A stretch of DNA of 64,000 nucleotides from Octopus sinensis (GCF_006345805.1 NC_043003.1:53010001-53074000), one strand, 5' to 3'; numbered from the stretch's first letter, positions 25,486 through 39,821 are shown. Numbers and translations are program-made. The notes: generated by a model from the letters alone, not told the origin.

Positions 25486-25974
25486 TTACCTTAGTTACTT
25501 AAATCCGAACGCATCTATAAAAAGGAAAATGTAAGAAATTAGTTAAAAAGAAATCTTCAGTGGAATGTGGAAAATAACAAATAGCGGGAAAGTTTAAAAT
25601 TATACAAATTTAAATTAAAGTTTAGTAAGAATTTGATGTTAAAGCTTATAAAAGTTATGAGACGGCGAGAAGAGACTTACAGGAAGGATAATGCTGACTA
25701 GTGGTTTGTGGAAAAAAATGGTTTTTGACAATTTCTTCAAAACTGGAGGCTTAGTTCGACATGAATGCCATCGGTGGCTCTCGATTGTTTTTAAGAGCAT
25801 TAGATTTCTATTTCGTTTGCGGAAGTCTGTTCGGTCTCCAGAGTAAATGAATCGCCATTAAAATAGTTAAGCAGACACATTTAAGAGTATTCTATCTTGT
25901 TGAGTGTGTACGCCAGGAAAAGTCGGTAGCTCTGCAGCTACCTGGAGTGAGAGATCCATTCTGCCAAAAGAGTC

Positions 25975-26175
25975 GTGGTTCAATGGCAGAATCTTTAGCG
26001 CGACGAACAAAGTGCTTAGCGAGCATTTCGCCCGCCTCTGTGTTCTGAATTCAAATTCCACCGAGGTCGACTTTGCCTTTCATTCTTTCGGGATCGATGA
26101 AATAAATTTAATTTGAGCACTGGGGTCGATGTAATCCCGCGAAATTGCTGGCCTTGCGTCCAAATTTGAAACTAT
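25975..26175 (+). mobile_element. SINE family A
   Basis: gaattcaaattccaccgaggtcgactttgcctttcattctttcgggatcg. Confidence 0.8.
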
Positions 26176-26230
26176 TATTATCATTATTATTATTATTATT
26201 ATTAATATTATTATTATTATTATTATTATT

Positions 26231-26744
26231 GAGTGAGAAAGCAGCGCATGCCATCAAAGTGACACTACGGTAAAATATACGAAGCCCAGTATATCCATCA
26301 TGACTGCCCGTCGAGCGACATGGTGAGCTCATATCAAGATAAACAGCACATAACCTTGCAGGTGGGGCCCAGTTAGAATTTTCTTCTGGTTGAGTAACCC
26401 ATCCCTCTCAAAAGGTCCCTGAAAAAGGGTTGTTTAAGGATTTTGAACGAAATACCCATGTTTCCAGAGGTGAATTATTCAAATCCAAAAGAATCTCTCT
26501 CAACACATGGCTATGATGCTCCCCCACTACTTCTGCTAGTGATCAGAGATACACATATCGTCAGCCACTAAGGGACATGCTCAACTGGTTAAGGTCAAAC
26601 AACTGACAAGCAAATCTGTGTTATTGAGCAGAATATTTGCTGTAACCCATCTTTTATATCAAGGTAAAACAATGTACATGATAACATTTCCAATCAGTTA
26701 AGATCAGAAGCCACGAGAGCCGCTGCCTAGTACTGTATTAGTGC
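26231..26744 (-). mobile_element. Third copy of the ~550-bp unit (small internal deletion)
   Basis: Same termini as 10423-10975; flanked by (TTA)n. Confidence 0.8.
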
Positions 26745-26789
26745 AATTATTATTATTATTTTCATTATTATAATTATTATCATTATTAT

Positions 26790-28045
26790 TATTTTCTCAT
26801 TATCACAGTCTTTGTTAGAGTTCCTGGAGTCTTGCATACGTAGCGAGCTGACTATTTGCTGCCTACGGTATACTTTCCTGATTATTCTGGCCGTGACAAG
26901 TGGGCAAACCTTTTGTACTGGCCACTCAATTCCAATTTTCTTTATATTCCTCTTGATGCCTTCCGATACTTTCCCCAAGAACCCAACAATAATTGGCACT
27001 ATCCTCACCTTTTTCATTTACCATAGTCGGGTTATTTCGTACTTAAGAGGATTGTATCTATCGATCTTTTCACCTTCCTTCTTGAATATTCGTCGATCAA
27101 AAGGGCATGCAACATCAACTATATAACATATGTGGTGCACCTTGTCCACCACCACTAGGTCTGGTCTGTTATGCTCAAGCACATGATCTGTTTGGATTGG
27201 GAAATCCCAGAGGATGTTGCTAGTCTCCAACCCTGCCACTCTCTGCGGTTTGCACTCATACCACGTCTTGCCTATCTCTAGAGCTCCTAATTTCGTACAC
27301 TTTCCAATATAGCACTTTCGCTACCTGGTCATGTCGTCACAACCTTTTTTGGTTTTTGGCAAGTCTAGGGCACTCATTTGTGATATGGGCAATGGTTTCA
27401 TCACCTCTATTGCAGATGCACTCACGTTTATCTTCCGATTCGTGGCAAAAGCTTGATCCTACGCTGCCAGTATAGTGCTCTAGGTTTCCTTTTTTTAGGG
27501 TTCCGTTCACCACCCAATTCCACCTATTTTTCCCAGCAACTTCTGTGGTGGTTACATGGTATTGATTGTGTAGTCCCTTCTTGCGTAATTCTTCTTCATG
27601 TCCTTTTTGTACTTCTTCCTTTGTTTTTCCTTTTTCTCTGCTCTCAATACTCCCTCGTCCCTAACTGTCGCTAGCAAAGTTTCCTTACTTTAGGATAAGT
27701 ATCTCATCAAGCTCTCGAGTTCGATACGCACGCAGTCTTCCACAATTATCAGTCCCCTTCCTCCATTTGCTCTCTTCATGTGGAGATCATCAGTGTCTGC
27801 ACGTGGATGATAGGCTCCATGCATCGTTAGGAGCTTTCATGACTTCCTGTCCATCTCTTTTAACTCCTTCTCTGTCCACTTCAAGATTACAGCGCCATAC
27901 CGAACTACTGTGACTGTGCACGAGTTTATTGCGAAATTGTTTCTGGTATTCAACTTTGAAGCCCACATCTTTCTCACTCTCCTTCATGTCGTGGTGTTAG
28001 ATTCCGTCTGCCTTAAGTATTCCCAGGTATTTATAGCTCGATTGA
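26790..28045 (-). mobile_element. Dong/R4 LINE 3' part (same subfamily as 11045-12098)
   Basis: ILWDFPIQTDHVLEHNRPDLVVVDKVHHICYIVDVACPFD; CICNRGDETIAHITNEC knuckle. Confidence 0.88.
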
Positions 28046-28059
28046 GGTATTATTATTAT

Positions 28060-28145
<86 letters not shown>

Positions 28146-28149
28146 TACC

Positions 28150-28870
28150 TGTTATGTGCTATATTAGTTAGGAGGGGTAATATTAGTTATGAGGGATAAT
28201 AGCTTTGGTAGCAAGCGTTCTCAATTCTCAAGAATCTTTTTCAGGTTTCTTGCAGAACCCATGATGGTACTTTTCTGCAGGTCAGCAATTGGGCCTCAAT
28301 ATCTTCCAGCCACTTAGGTAGTAGTTTAGGTGTTGTGCCTAGTGCACCAATTATCATAAGAATCATTATCATCTTAGTCATTCAAAATGTCTTCATCTCC
28401 GGATAGATCCTGATGTTTCTCATTTTCTTAACTTTTAGGAGTATCCTTTTTATTATCATATGATATTGCAAAATCAATGATCTTACACTCCCTGTTCTTT
28501 TTTTGTCAACTACAATCATATTTGGTCTTTGCATGATCAACCTTTGTGAGGAAATCCCATGAAACTTTATAATTACTATTCTATCATAGACTCAAGCTCA
28601 CGTTCATACTATATTTTTCTGCTTTGAATTCACACACTCGACTTTGACTATTTTACCGACACAGTTACGACTGCACCTATACTCTGTACTGGCTTACTGC
28701 ATTTACTTAAGATGTAGTTAATACTTTGGTCTTCTTTCCCACAGATTCTGTTTGCTCACCGACTGAGTTTTAGCAATCTTTGCTTCTATTAAATTCGTTC
28801 TTGTTCCTCAGCAGCTATAATATGCGATCGGTTTCTAGTTTGAGGTTTCCATCCGTTAGCCACAATCAGA
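28150..28870 (-). mobile_element. Older Dong/R4 3' fragment
   Basis: Minus strand WDFLTK...RPNMIVVDK...CKIIDFAI...IIGALGT motifs; next to (TTA)(CTA)n. Confidence 0.7.
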
Positions 28871-29976
28871 ATTCTTTGCTTCAAAGAAAAAAATAAAATG
28901 TCCAGGCTGATTTGTGAAGCTGAGTGCTCTCCATGGAACGGGTGAAGGTATACAAAAGTTTTCAACCCTGGTGTCCAACGCTGAGAGTGAGGTGAAGCAT
29001 CAGGTAGAGATAACGAGACATAAACCTTTCCTTGGGTTTATGCCGTAATACATGAGTAAATGCAATACGACGCGCCAAACAGGGGTCGTTGTCAATTATA
29101 TTGACCCTTGTCTCATTGATGCGTTCGTAGTACAATACAGACAGGTAGTGGATACAAATTGTAAAGAAAGGTTATTTCTGGCTGGGAGAGGCCCACATGT
29201 ATTTACAAGTTCTATTTATGCCTGAAAATCGCAGGACTATTCCAAAGCTGAGCCTCAAGATGTGCACAGAAACAAAGGAAGATTTGCGTTGCGTGGTTGA
29301 AAGCTCGGTTGTTACACTTGTAACGGTAAGAGCCACTTGAAAACTAGAACAACTAATAACACCATGTTACCGTTGCTGGGATTGTTGCACTCCATTCCTC
29401 TCTCTAAATTTCTCATTCCTCTCTTTCTCCTTCTTTGTCTTTCTAGTTCCTCGGGGCAGAAAATGACGCGTGTTGCCAGAAGCATAATAACTGCAGTTTC
29501 TGAACTGTACCTCCAATCTCTTTGCTCCCGTTTCAGCACATATATTAGAGCATATTTCCGGAGCTTCGACTAGTGATATAGTCGTAGCTCCGAAAATTAT
29601 AGAAGACATGGTATCATTCTGTTTAAATGGAGTAAGTTAATGCATTACTTCTAGTTACGAATTAGGGCGTACCACAAGATAAAAGGCGTGTAGAGAAGGA
29701 TGAGATGCAAACGCAGTTCAGTTATATAAACGGGTTGACAATGTTAAGGACATCCAACAAATCCTGATAAAAGAGGAATTCTTCTCTTTAAGTCAGATTA
29801 AGAAAAAGACACTTATAAGAAAGAAACAAACAGAAAAGGTTAACTATAATATCAAATGACATTAGAGCGGAATACTAAATGTACCAACAGAATAAGTTCC
29901 TTATGGGCTGCATCTTGAAAAGCTAGACAGAAAGAGGAATGAATATACAACATACAGAAAATAGTTGTGTTAACAT

Positions 29977-30142
29977 AGGCGCAGGAGTGGCTGTGTGGTA
30001 AGTAGCTTGCTTACCAACCATATGGTTCTGGGTTCAGTCCCACGGCGTGGCAACTTGGGCAAATGTCTTTTACTATAGTCTCGGGTCGACCAAAGCCTCG
30101 TGAGTGGCTTTGGTAGACGGAAACTGAAAGAAGCCCGTCGTA

Positions 30143-30191
<49 letters not shown>

Positions 30192-30395
30192 GTGTGTATA
30201 TGTTTGTGTGTCTGTGTTTGTGCCCCCAACATTGCTTAACAACTGATGGTGGTGTGTTTACGCCCCCGTAACTTAGCGGTTCGACAAAAGAAGTACTAGG
30301 CTTCCAAAGAATAAGTTCTGGGGTCGATTTGCTCGACTAAAGGCGATGCTCCAGCATGGCCGCAGTCAAATGACTGAAACAAGTAAAAGTAAAAG
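29977..30395 (+). mobile_element. SINE family B, full length with internal (TA)n
   Basis: ggcgcaggagtggctgtgtgg...gggttcagtccc...cttgggcaaatgtc...gactgaaacaagtaaaag. Confidence 0.9.
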
Positions 30396-30549
30396 TGTAT
30401 GAAGTGCAATGAGAATGACAAAGTTTATGATTTACAATAATTCAGTATTGGGGAAAATATCGATAGTCTAATGGCCAATATTATACTTGAAGTTCCCTTA
30501 GATGAACTTCATCGAGGAACTGTTTCAACTTTTGGCTCAAGATCTTCAG

Positions 30550-30730
30550 TTTTAGGACGAGCGAGTAGGTCAATTACATCGGCCCACTTCTTGACTGGTA
30601 TTTTTATCGACATGGAAAGAATGACAGGCAAAGTTGACCTCACCAGGATTTGAACCCAGGATGTAAAATACTGGAAGAAATGCTGCTAAACATTTGTTCT
30701 ATGAGCTAACGATTTTGACGGTTCGCCGCA
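30550..30730 (-). mobile_element. SINE family A, old
   Basis: ggcaaagttgacctc...ggatttgaacccag is the reverse complement of the core and B box. Confidence 0.6.
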
Positions 30731-32831
30731 TCTAAGCATTTACCTGTGGAATCAACATGTCTGTTGCACTTGTTGTTTTACTTGTTGATGATGTTGATGA
30801 ATTTGGTGTTGGGCAACCACTGTCAACACATCAGTAAATGATCAAACAACTAGAGTATAAACCACAGATCCAGTGTTCCTGATATATTATGCCACCAGAT
30901 ATTCTAACATGCTGTAAATTACTGTATTTGATGCGTGTCGACAGTTATGATATGTTGCATATCTTGTTGTGTGCAGGCTGCTCCAGTATACTTGTCGATG
31001 TTGCTTTATTCCAGGACATTCCTATAAGAGCACACTGATGACAAAAAGTTATTCAACTTTGACCGCTTTGTCTGTCATGGTTTTTGGATCAATTAATTAT
31101 GATTTTATTCAACATATTCCCCCTCTCAGATTTAGCGGTCCTTAAGTTTTTTCTTAACCCTGTAAAAAACTCGGAAGCTTGGACCTCCAATCAGGCCATT
31201 TCGCGACACCCTTAAAGCCAGGAACTTTTCAACACCCACCTCTTATATCAGGCCCTACATTGTCCACGTTAAGGCATGATTTGAAGGATATTTGGCTGCC
31301 ATTTCTAGCAAGTCTAGTGACTACGTATAAAATCTCTCATCCTCTATGTGCTAGTGATGCTTACAGTGAAGTGGGGGAGCGGAATCGATTGGAGTGTAAG
31401 AGTTGCTCTCATTTCATCTTTATCATTGGCAGTGTGTATTCTCGCCCGGTGTTTGAGGATAATGACGTTATCAAGACTGTTTTGCTTGTGCATATCTGAT
31501 ACTTCTCTTTGTCTAAACTAAACAGAATGTACAGTGTTCTACTAGTGTTATGTTGTGGTATAAATGAGAGTGTGGTGCTTAACAGTGATTGAAAATGCAT
31601 TTTCAAGGACTATGTGGTATAGAGACTACTGCAGAAACAAAATGTCTCCCTTACTTATCCCACTTAGTCTTTGCCTTTTGAATAATTTTATTCCATTATG
31701 AATATAAATTGTTTCGAGGGTGTGTGCTGTTTGTGGTGATTTTTCTTCTTTGTAGTTTGTTGTGGAAATATTAGTGTCCCAAACAGGACCCGCATAATTC
31801 GTGATTTAAACATCATAATCGTTATTGTTTCTTTGTATTATCCATATGTGGTGCCTGTAAAGCGTTTATTGTGTTTGCCTTTTACAGTCTTCTATATTTG
31901 GTATGAATGTGCTAACAATGCTGTTTTCTGTGTGGGTGTGTGTGAGTGTGGTATGTTTGCATTGTCAAGTTGGTCTGGTGGTTGTACTTTGATGCTCTTT
32001 TGTGTTACCAGCAAGAAGGAAAATGGTGGATTTTATAAGGGTTGCATATAATCTTTATCTGGAGCCATTTGTTTAGGTGTGGTTGCTATAAGATTTGAAT
32101 TGCTGGATATCTGTATTTAGGCAACAGCAGGAAAAAGTAAGTGTTAGCTCGCCTATATATGGTTGATCGAGAAAGTTGTAGTATAAGTGAAAACAAACGA
32201 TTGCTCACTGTGTATGGGTAAACTGGGGGATAGTACTATAGTTAGCGTTTTTAAGTTGCTTTCTTAAGATGTTTACTGTTTAGCTTATCAACGAGCAACA
32301 GAAACTGAGTCAAAATCTTTGTTAGTGTCAATACAATGGTGTATGCGTTGGGTTTATTATGTTTAAGACATTAAATAATCTTTGTGTGAGGATTCTCTGT
32401 CTTGTAATTGTATGTTCAGTGTAGAAGCTGAGTATACTCGTCTAAATCGATAAGTCGTAAAAGAAAAGAGAATGCGATAGTTTAGAGGATGCCAAGGCGT
32501 CTTTGAATAGACAATTGTTAATGTTAAAACAAAATGTACTATGAGATGTAATGTTCTTTCCAATTAACCTTCAGTTATATGGAGAATCTATAATCACTAA
32601 TTCCTGCTTCGTAAACATATTGTATGAAAAGTTAGCATTTACAATTGCTTTCACCTTTACCTTCAAACTAAAATAGTTTGTTAAATATATAAATATCGCA
32701 CTGAAATTATAAATAAAGGAATGCAGAACAAAACTCACTATCCTCTATTATTAGTGAACTGGACATCGTTGAATTTACCAGTTTACAGGAGATATATTTA
32801 ACATTATCAGGGTCTTTATATATATATATAT

Positions 32832-32922
32832 ATTGTGTCTTGGGAGAGTCATTCTTTTTTAGTTCCTTATTATTTAACACGTTCACCGGATGAGAAGGAG
32901 AATGACTCTCCCCAGACATAAT
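32832..32922. repeat. Inverted-repeat unit (24-bp arms, 22/24 identical) next to (TA)n
   Basis: attgtgtcttgggagagtcattct ... agaatgactctccccagacataat; the left part recurs at 56993. Confidence 0.75.
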
Positions 32923-33048
32923 AAAGTACGCTTCAAAACACGAATTCACATAAAGAATCTTGCAAACCAAATCCCAAAACGATATATATATATATATATT
33001 TGTTCGACTAAAGGCGGTGCCCCAGCATGGCCACAGTCAAATTACTGA

Positions 33049-33092
<44 letters not shown>

Positions 33093-33095
<3 letters not shown>

Positions 33096-33336
33096 GAGGC
33101 GCGTAGCTTAGTGGTTAAGGTACCAGCACCATGATCGTAAGATTGTGGTTTCGATTCCTGGACGGGGTGACGCGTTGTGTTCTTGAGCAAAACATTTCAT
33201 TTCACGTTGCTTCAGTCCACTCAGCTGGCAAAAATGAGTAACGCTGCGATGGACTGGCGTTCCGTCCAGCTGGGGAACACATACGCCAGAGAAACCGGGA
33301 AACCGGGCCCATGAGCCTGGCTACGCTTAAAAGGGC

Positions 33337-33340
<4 letters not shown>
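33093..33340 (+). mobile_element. tRNA-derived SINE family C
   Basis: tagcttagtggttaagg (A box), gtttcgattcc (B box), gttgtgttcttgagcaaaaca, gtccactcagctggcaaaaatgagta. Confidence 0.85.
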
Positions 33341-33379
<39 letters not shown>

Positions 33380-33619
33380 TATATATATAGTTAACGTTGA
33401 GCATAGAATTATTGCTACTTTTTATGAAGTTTCACTGATAGTGTAGATAGGTACTGACCGACAACATTTGACAAAGTGATTAAGCTTTCTAAACATATGA
33501 TGGTATACTTTGCAGGCTGAGCACTTTCCTCATTCATATCTTTGGCTACAATTATGCCAGTCGATGAACACGTATTTTGGCTGTTAGTTGTAATTGCTAT
33601 TGACATTTCTCAACTAAAA

Positions 33620-33815
33620 GATGGGCGGAATCATTAGCGCATCAGACGAAATGTTTCACAGTATTTCAAAAGAATTTACATCTTGAGTTCAAATCCCACC
33701 GAGATCAGTTTGATTTTCAGTGTCAATAAAATTTAGTAGCAGTCAAGTACTGAGATCAATTTAATTGACTGCCCACCTCCGCCCAAATTTTAGACTTTAT
33801 GCTATATTAGAAACA
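33620..33815 (+). mobile_element. SINE family A, old
   Basis: gagttcaaatcccaccgagatc plus family A tail. Confidence 0.6.
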
Positions 33816-34344
33816 ATTGTCGATCAAATAAGTCTTACTGGTATAGAAATTTTCTTTGTCAATGACTTTCCGATTTAGCAAATGATGTTTCATGGTGTAT
33901 TGTCGTTAGTCATCATACTACTTCACCATATCCTAAGTGTAGACAATTCTAAATGGAATCCAACGCTTCCATTTCTACATCGACAGACAGCAACCATAAT
34001 ATGATACACAGCTTAATTCTCTCTTGCACGGACTTTTCATTCAATTGATTCAATTTACAAATACTATTTGTGAATTTATTCTTAAAATGGTCATTCATTG
34101 ATTTACTGTCATGTGGATGGGTTTCCGGTATTTTCAACCGGTGACCTATTATTAATCTTATTAACTTCTAATTTATTAACTTCTCTTTTGTTGTTGTTAC
34201 TTTCTGAAGGTATACGGAATCTTCCATGTTTGGCAAAAAAAAACCCAAAAAAACCCAAAAAGAAGAGAGTGGGGAAAGTAATCTTGTTTAAATTTCGAGC
34301 ATATCTATGCGGCTGAGAAATTCTACTGCGCCGCACATTCACCA

Positions 34345-34625
34345 AGTGTCTTCTACTATAGTTCCGGCCGACTAAGGCATTGTGAGTAGATTTGGCTGAC
34401 GGAAACTGACAGAAGCCTGTTATGTGTATATTATATATATATATATATATACATTGGTTTGCTTACGTTCCCTTTAATTTGGCGGTTCGGCCATAGTAAC
34501 CGAGAGAACAAGTATCAGCTTAAAAAGAAATGAGAAGTGGGATCAATATGTCTGACTGAACCCTTGAATGTAGTGTCCCAGTATGGCCTGTGTCCAGTGA
34601 TTAAAACAAGTAAAAAGTAAAAGAT
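34345..34625 (+). mobile_element. SINE family B, 5'-truncated
   Basis: caagtgtcttctactatag...ggaaactgac...aaacaagtaaaaag. Confidence 0.75.
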
Positions 34626-35624
34626 AATATGAGTTTTTTTTTTATTTTGCTTTCCTCAAAATCATTGAATATTAACCATGCCCTGACTTCAGCTTGGTTA
34701 TTCAGATTGAGAATTTTCTGTGCTACCTTTGTCGTCAATTAGCCGTGTTTTAATGGTTGCAAGTAGGGAGATCACACACGCCTTTGTCTGCCTTTCTCGA
34801 CCAACATTTAGTGAATTTCTCTCATTTGTAGGAAGACGAAAATAACTCTTAGTAGAGTTATCAAGGCCCGTAACTCGCAATGACTACATTTCAAACAATC
34901 AGTGACAACCTTAACAATCAAAAAGTTCACCGAAGACATATATTAGTAAATACCAGCGAGAAAACTTTTATATCTACTCCATTATCCTCTATAAACTTAG
35001 ACTAATACCTAATAGAAAGAAAACTTTACTTCGAGACAATGTCTCAAATTTAACACCTCTAAGTAAATAGTCAATTACTATATAACACGAGCCTCATATA
35101 ATCCCAGCTGTTATAACAGTATCTCAACAAACGCACAACCCTCATATGCGATGCTTAATAGCGTGTGTGCGTGAGGGATGCGTATGTGTTGCGGTACAAG
35201 CCCTGCTCGCATGTGTGTTTGTTATCCTGCCAATGTCCCTATCAAAGTGTCAGCGTATGTATATATGTGTGCGTGTCTGTGCAATAATGATTATGTCAAT
35301 GAGTAATGATAATGGAAAATATATTTATTTGATTGTTTATGTGTATAAATGTTTCTGCTTAAGTGCGTGCGCGTGTACGTATTATTTTATGCCAGGTTTT
35401 ATATAGAATAATACACACATTCATACGAATGTTTAATTCTTTTTTTTTTTGTTTGTGTGTGTCTGTGTGTGTCTGTGTGTGTGTGTTTGTGTATGTGTGT
35501 AAGTTATAAAGTGCTTTTCTTTAGTGTACTTATCTGTGTATCTTTTTTTGTTCTTCACAATTTATCTACCTAACTATCTCTCTTCCTCAATGTATGCGTT
35601 CATACATACAAATGCATAGTAAAA

Positions 35625-35692
35625 ATGCATGCATACATACGTGCATACATATATGCATGCATACATACATACATATATGCATGCATACATCA

Positions 35693-35723
<31 letters not shown>

Positions 35724-36065
35724 CATACATACATACATACACACATACATACATACATACATGCATACATACATACATACATACATACATACATACAAGG
35801 ATAGAAATACAGTGTGTATGAAAAAGAGAAAGAAAGAAAAATAGAGAGAGAAGGAGAGAGAGAAAAGCAGACAATCAGACATATACATATCTATCTATTC
35901 GTCTGAATATACGTACATACATGCCTACATACACACATACATACATACATGCATACATACATACATACATACATACATACATACATACATACATACATAC
36001 ATACATACATACATACATACATACATACATACATACATACATAATACATACGTATGTATGTATGC
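35625..36065. repeat. Two (CATA)n microsatellite blocks
   Basis: Read directly from the sequence. Confidence 0.95.
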
Positions 36066-37111
36066 ATTTGTACCCTTTATAACATAAGAAAGAATAGCTC
36101 TTAAAATCCAATACCCTGCATTCGTACATTTATGGAGGAAAAGAGAGAAAGAGAAAGAGAGAGAGAGAAATAATGAGATAAATGAAGACAGAGAAAATGT
36201 GAGAGACAGAGAAACGTATAAGTATTAACCCAATACATTAAATTCAATGTACGCCCAGAAGAAGTATAAAAAACACAATCGAAACAATAGCGTCACGATG
36301 TTACAAAATATCTATGAGAATAGATTGTTTTATATGCCGTAAAGAAGATAAGGTTTGAATGGAAAGGATATATATGATAAAAAGGTGAGGGGTTAAGAGA
36401 AAAATGATACTATCTCCATAAGAATGAGAAGGGTGTGCTTGGAGAGAGCGTCATAGGACTGAAAATATTTCAAAGCTGAATAGACATTCAAGAAACCTGT
36501 GATTTTATTTCTAAATTTGATGCCCTTGGATAATTTTATAGCGGAACTGACCAGAACCCGCTCACACATTCATGCAAGTATCTATGTATGTTTGTATGAA
36601 TGTATGGTAAGTGTATAAATGAAAATAATTCTGAAGACACGTGTGTGTGTGTGTGTGAGTGCGTGTGTGTATATGTTCGTGTTTGTATGTGTATGTGCAC
36701 ACATATGTATTAAATATATATACATTGATACATACACGCACACACACACATATGCAAAAGGGGCCTCTGTATGAAACTCAAATGCAACTATGTATTTATA
36801 TGTGCACACAAACAGACATTAATACATGCATTCACACACTAAAACAAACACATATATTTACACACACGCTCACAAACACACATATATGATCCGTAATGTT
36901 TACATAGTATCATATAGCAAATACATACATGCAAGTGAATGCATTATATTTTATACTATGTACACTTAATATATCCTCTTTCCACTTAGTCAGAAGGATA
37001 TACGTGCAAACACGTATGTATATACACTGTACATGTGTGTTCGCGTTCAGAAAACCACGTAGTACTTTCTACTTGTTTATATGCAAATACGCACATGCAC
37101 GCGCGCATGCA

Positions 37112-37181
<70 letters not shown>

Positions 37182-38879
37182 TACACACATTCAGGATGAT
37201 ATAACTACGTGACTTGTACGTTACACGTGTGTATGAAGGCTATATTTTATTGCAATCTTATTACGTGGTGATTTGTCAAGATAACCTCAGTGTGGTCATC
37301 TGAACAGCTAGAAATAGCAGTCTTTCATATCATATCATATTCTCGCATGTATATAAAAAAAATTAAAATGATAAAAAAAAAAATTTGGAATGGTAATAGC
37401 TAGGATAGGGCTGTTCGATAAAAGGTGGACTAACACTAAAGAACAGCAACACCTACAACTACTACCAAGTTATACTAGTTAGTATCGTTACTGGTATATA
37501 GCCTCGGTCAGCTCTGATAGAATAGATATACACAAAGTAGCTTTGTATAGAAATAAGATTTCAATGAGCACAGTTCAATACTTGATTCAATATTCGCTTC
37601 GTTCGATTTAACCTCATCCATGTCTTTGAGAAAAACATGAAAGCCATATAATCTCTATGTTTTACCTACTTCTATGAATTACATTTCAATATTATACTTC
37701 AACTTTAAAATATTGTTGTCAGTTTTCTCCTTATTTTTTTTTTTTTTTTCGTCAACACTGTTTGTATTCGTTGATAAAATTTTATAGCATTTTATTTGGC
37801 TTTTATTTTAAATAGTCAGATTTATAAAAATAATCTGTTCACTGTAGCGAAGAAATCTGAGTTATTAATAGCGTTCTTTAATCAGTTTACTTAATTCATT
37901 ACTGGTTTTATGACAATCATGGTCTGAAAAAAGAGAGTCATAATGAAGCAGAATCTATTTTTAAATGACTTAAATTCACTTTATTACAGTAAAAGAAAAA
38001 AATAAACAAGCAAACATATGATTCGTTCATTGTCTGTTAATTGAGTTTTTTTTATGTTTTTACAATGCCCTAACACCTGGTCGAAATCATAGTCTTCTTT
38101 CAGAAACAGCTGGAAAATATCAATAAAGCATATAACCCTATACAAAGTAGTAATCTCTGAAGCACGCATTTATTTCAACTAAATTTATTATAAATCATTT
38201 GTATTTAAAGGGCCCCGACCATTTTATAGTACCGTCTACTTTGATTATACTACGCGGAGAACACCAGACAATAATGTTCATTTATAAAATCATGCTTAGA
38301 GAGAATATATCTTTAAGAATATTTCAACAACCACCAGTTCTGTAATTGTTATAACTGGAGCGACAAATTAAAACATATCCTTACTTTAATTTTGTATATA
38401 TTCAAATGCTTGATTAGAGGAGGTATTTTAATCATTTTAATATATAAAGTGCGCTTTTACAAAAAGATAATCTTTTGTTTTAGATTTAAGAGCACGTTCA
38501 TAGCACTAAATTCACTTACAGACAGAAACAAAAATGAAAACCGTACTACAGATACAAACATTCATGTGTTTATCTTTACCCAATATCATCAATATCATTT
38601 TACTTTTGAGCATTTTTATAACTTTGAAATATTTTAGATATATTAAAAAAAAATCATGAATAAAATAATAGCTAACGAAGCAAGATGTTGCGTTGTATCA
38701 GAGTGCGAATTCTTCATATCTTTTGGGCGTGGAAGTAACACTGTTTAATTAAGTTTCTCATGTTATTCATTTAAAATATATACAAATGTTCTTTTAATAT
38801 AAATGTTATAACTTTTACTAAACTTAAGAAATACTTTTAGATTAATTACTCTTATTAATAAAATGTTGTAAAAGTTTCT

Positions 38880-39450
38880 TACACTTTAAAAAGTTTTGCG
38901 TCAATTTTGCGTCGGCTGCTATAAAATCAGACTAAGTGTATAGTTTTCGCACCTGCTTTTTGTCTTAACTCCCCTGAATGGAACTCTCCTCTTCTTCAAC
39001 GCTTTTAAGATCTAGAACAAGCGATACAGAGTTAAAAATTTAGTTGCGTATTAATTGCGAAATATAACAAAACAAATGCCCAGTATATTTTGTATAATGA
39101 ATATATCAATAATTTATTTTAAAAATCATTTGCTATTAAAGATATATACGCATCAAAGTATTTAAATCGTTCCTCAGCTAGTTAGAAGGGGGCTAGCTCT
39201 GCTGTACAATCTCTTGTGGCGTCAATTTTGAATGCGCAACTATTTCGCGCGGAAACTGCATCCGCTGAAAACCCACGCGAAAAACTCTCCCGCTCTCCGC
39301 AATTAAGAAAGATATAAACTTTTTTTTTCTCTCTGGATTTTAGGAGCTTTTTAACGAAGGACTAGGCTTTCTTTACTGTCGTCAGTGCCTGACAATAGAA
39401 CATTGAGCCTACCCTTCAACACAAGTACGCCTCATGCAAATGAGAAAATG
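38880..39450 (+). promoter_or_regulatory. Candidate promoter or cis-regulatory region
   Basis: Repeat-free and CpG-enriched; TATAAAA at 38920; GCGTCAATTTTG at 38898 and 39219; E2F-like TTTCGCGC at 39243 and CGCGAAAA at 39276; octamer ATGCAAAT at 39434. Confidence 0.4.
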
Positions 39451-39821
39451 CTGGCTTGAAAACTACTTTTGGCCTGAAAAGCTTCATTGTACACGGTGTA
39501 AAGAAAACCAACAATCGAAAATAACAAAGAACAATTAATAAGTTGTTTTTCTACCAAACGGCAGATGGCTGGGTCTGCGGCTTCTAGACTGAAAGTTCAC
39601 GCGATGGGAAGGAAAACTTTTTACAACGCCATTTCTTTTTCTTCTCCCCCCAACCTAAAAAAAAAGCAAGTTGCATCGTTTCTAGAGGTGTAGCTTAAAG
39701 AGTTGTCTTTATTGCAACTTGGCCTGGAGAGAGGGAGAGAAAAAAATGCAGCAGTTTATCGGAAGAATGAATATATTTTATTGTTTCGGTGTCTTGTATA
39801 CACTTTTTTTCTTTTTATCAG

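Noticed and set aside
29337-29573. 78-aa ORF with a signal-peptide-like Leu/Phe stretch
   Set aside because: The hydrophobic run comes from a CT-rich tract; no recognisable domain
39434-39441. Octamer as an snRNA gene distal element
   Set aside because: No recognisable snRNA coding sequence nearby
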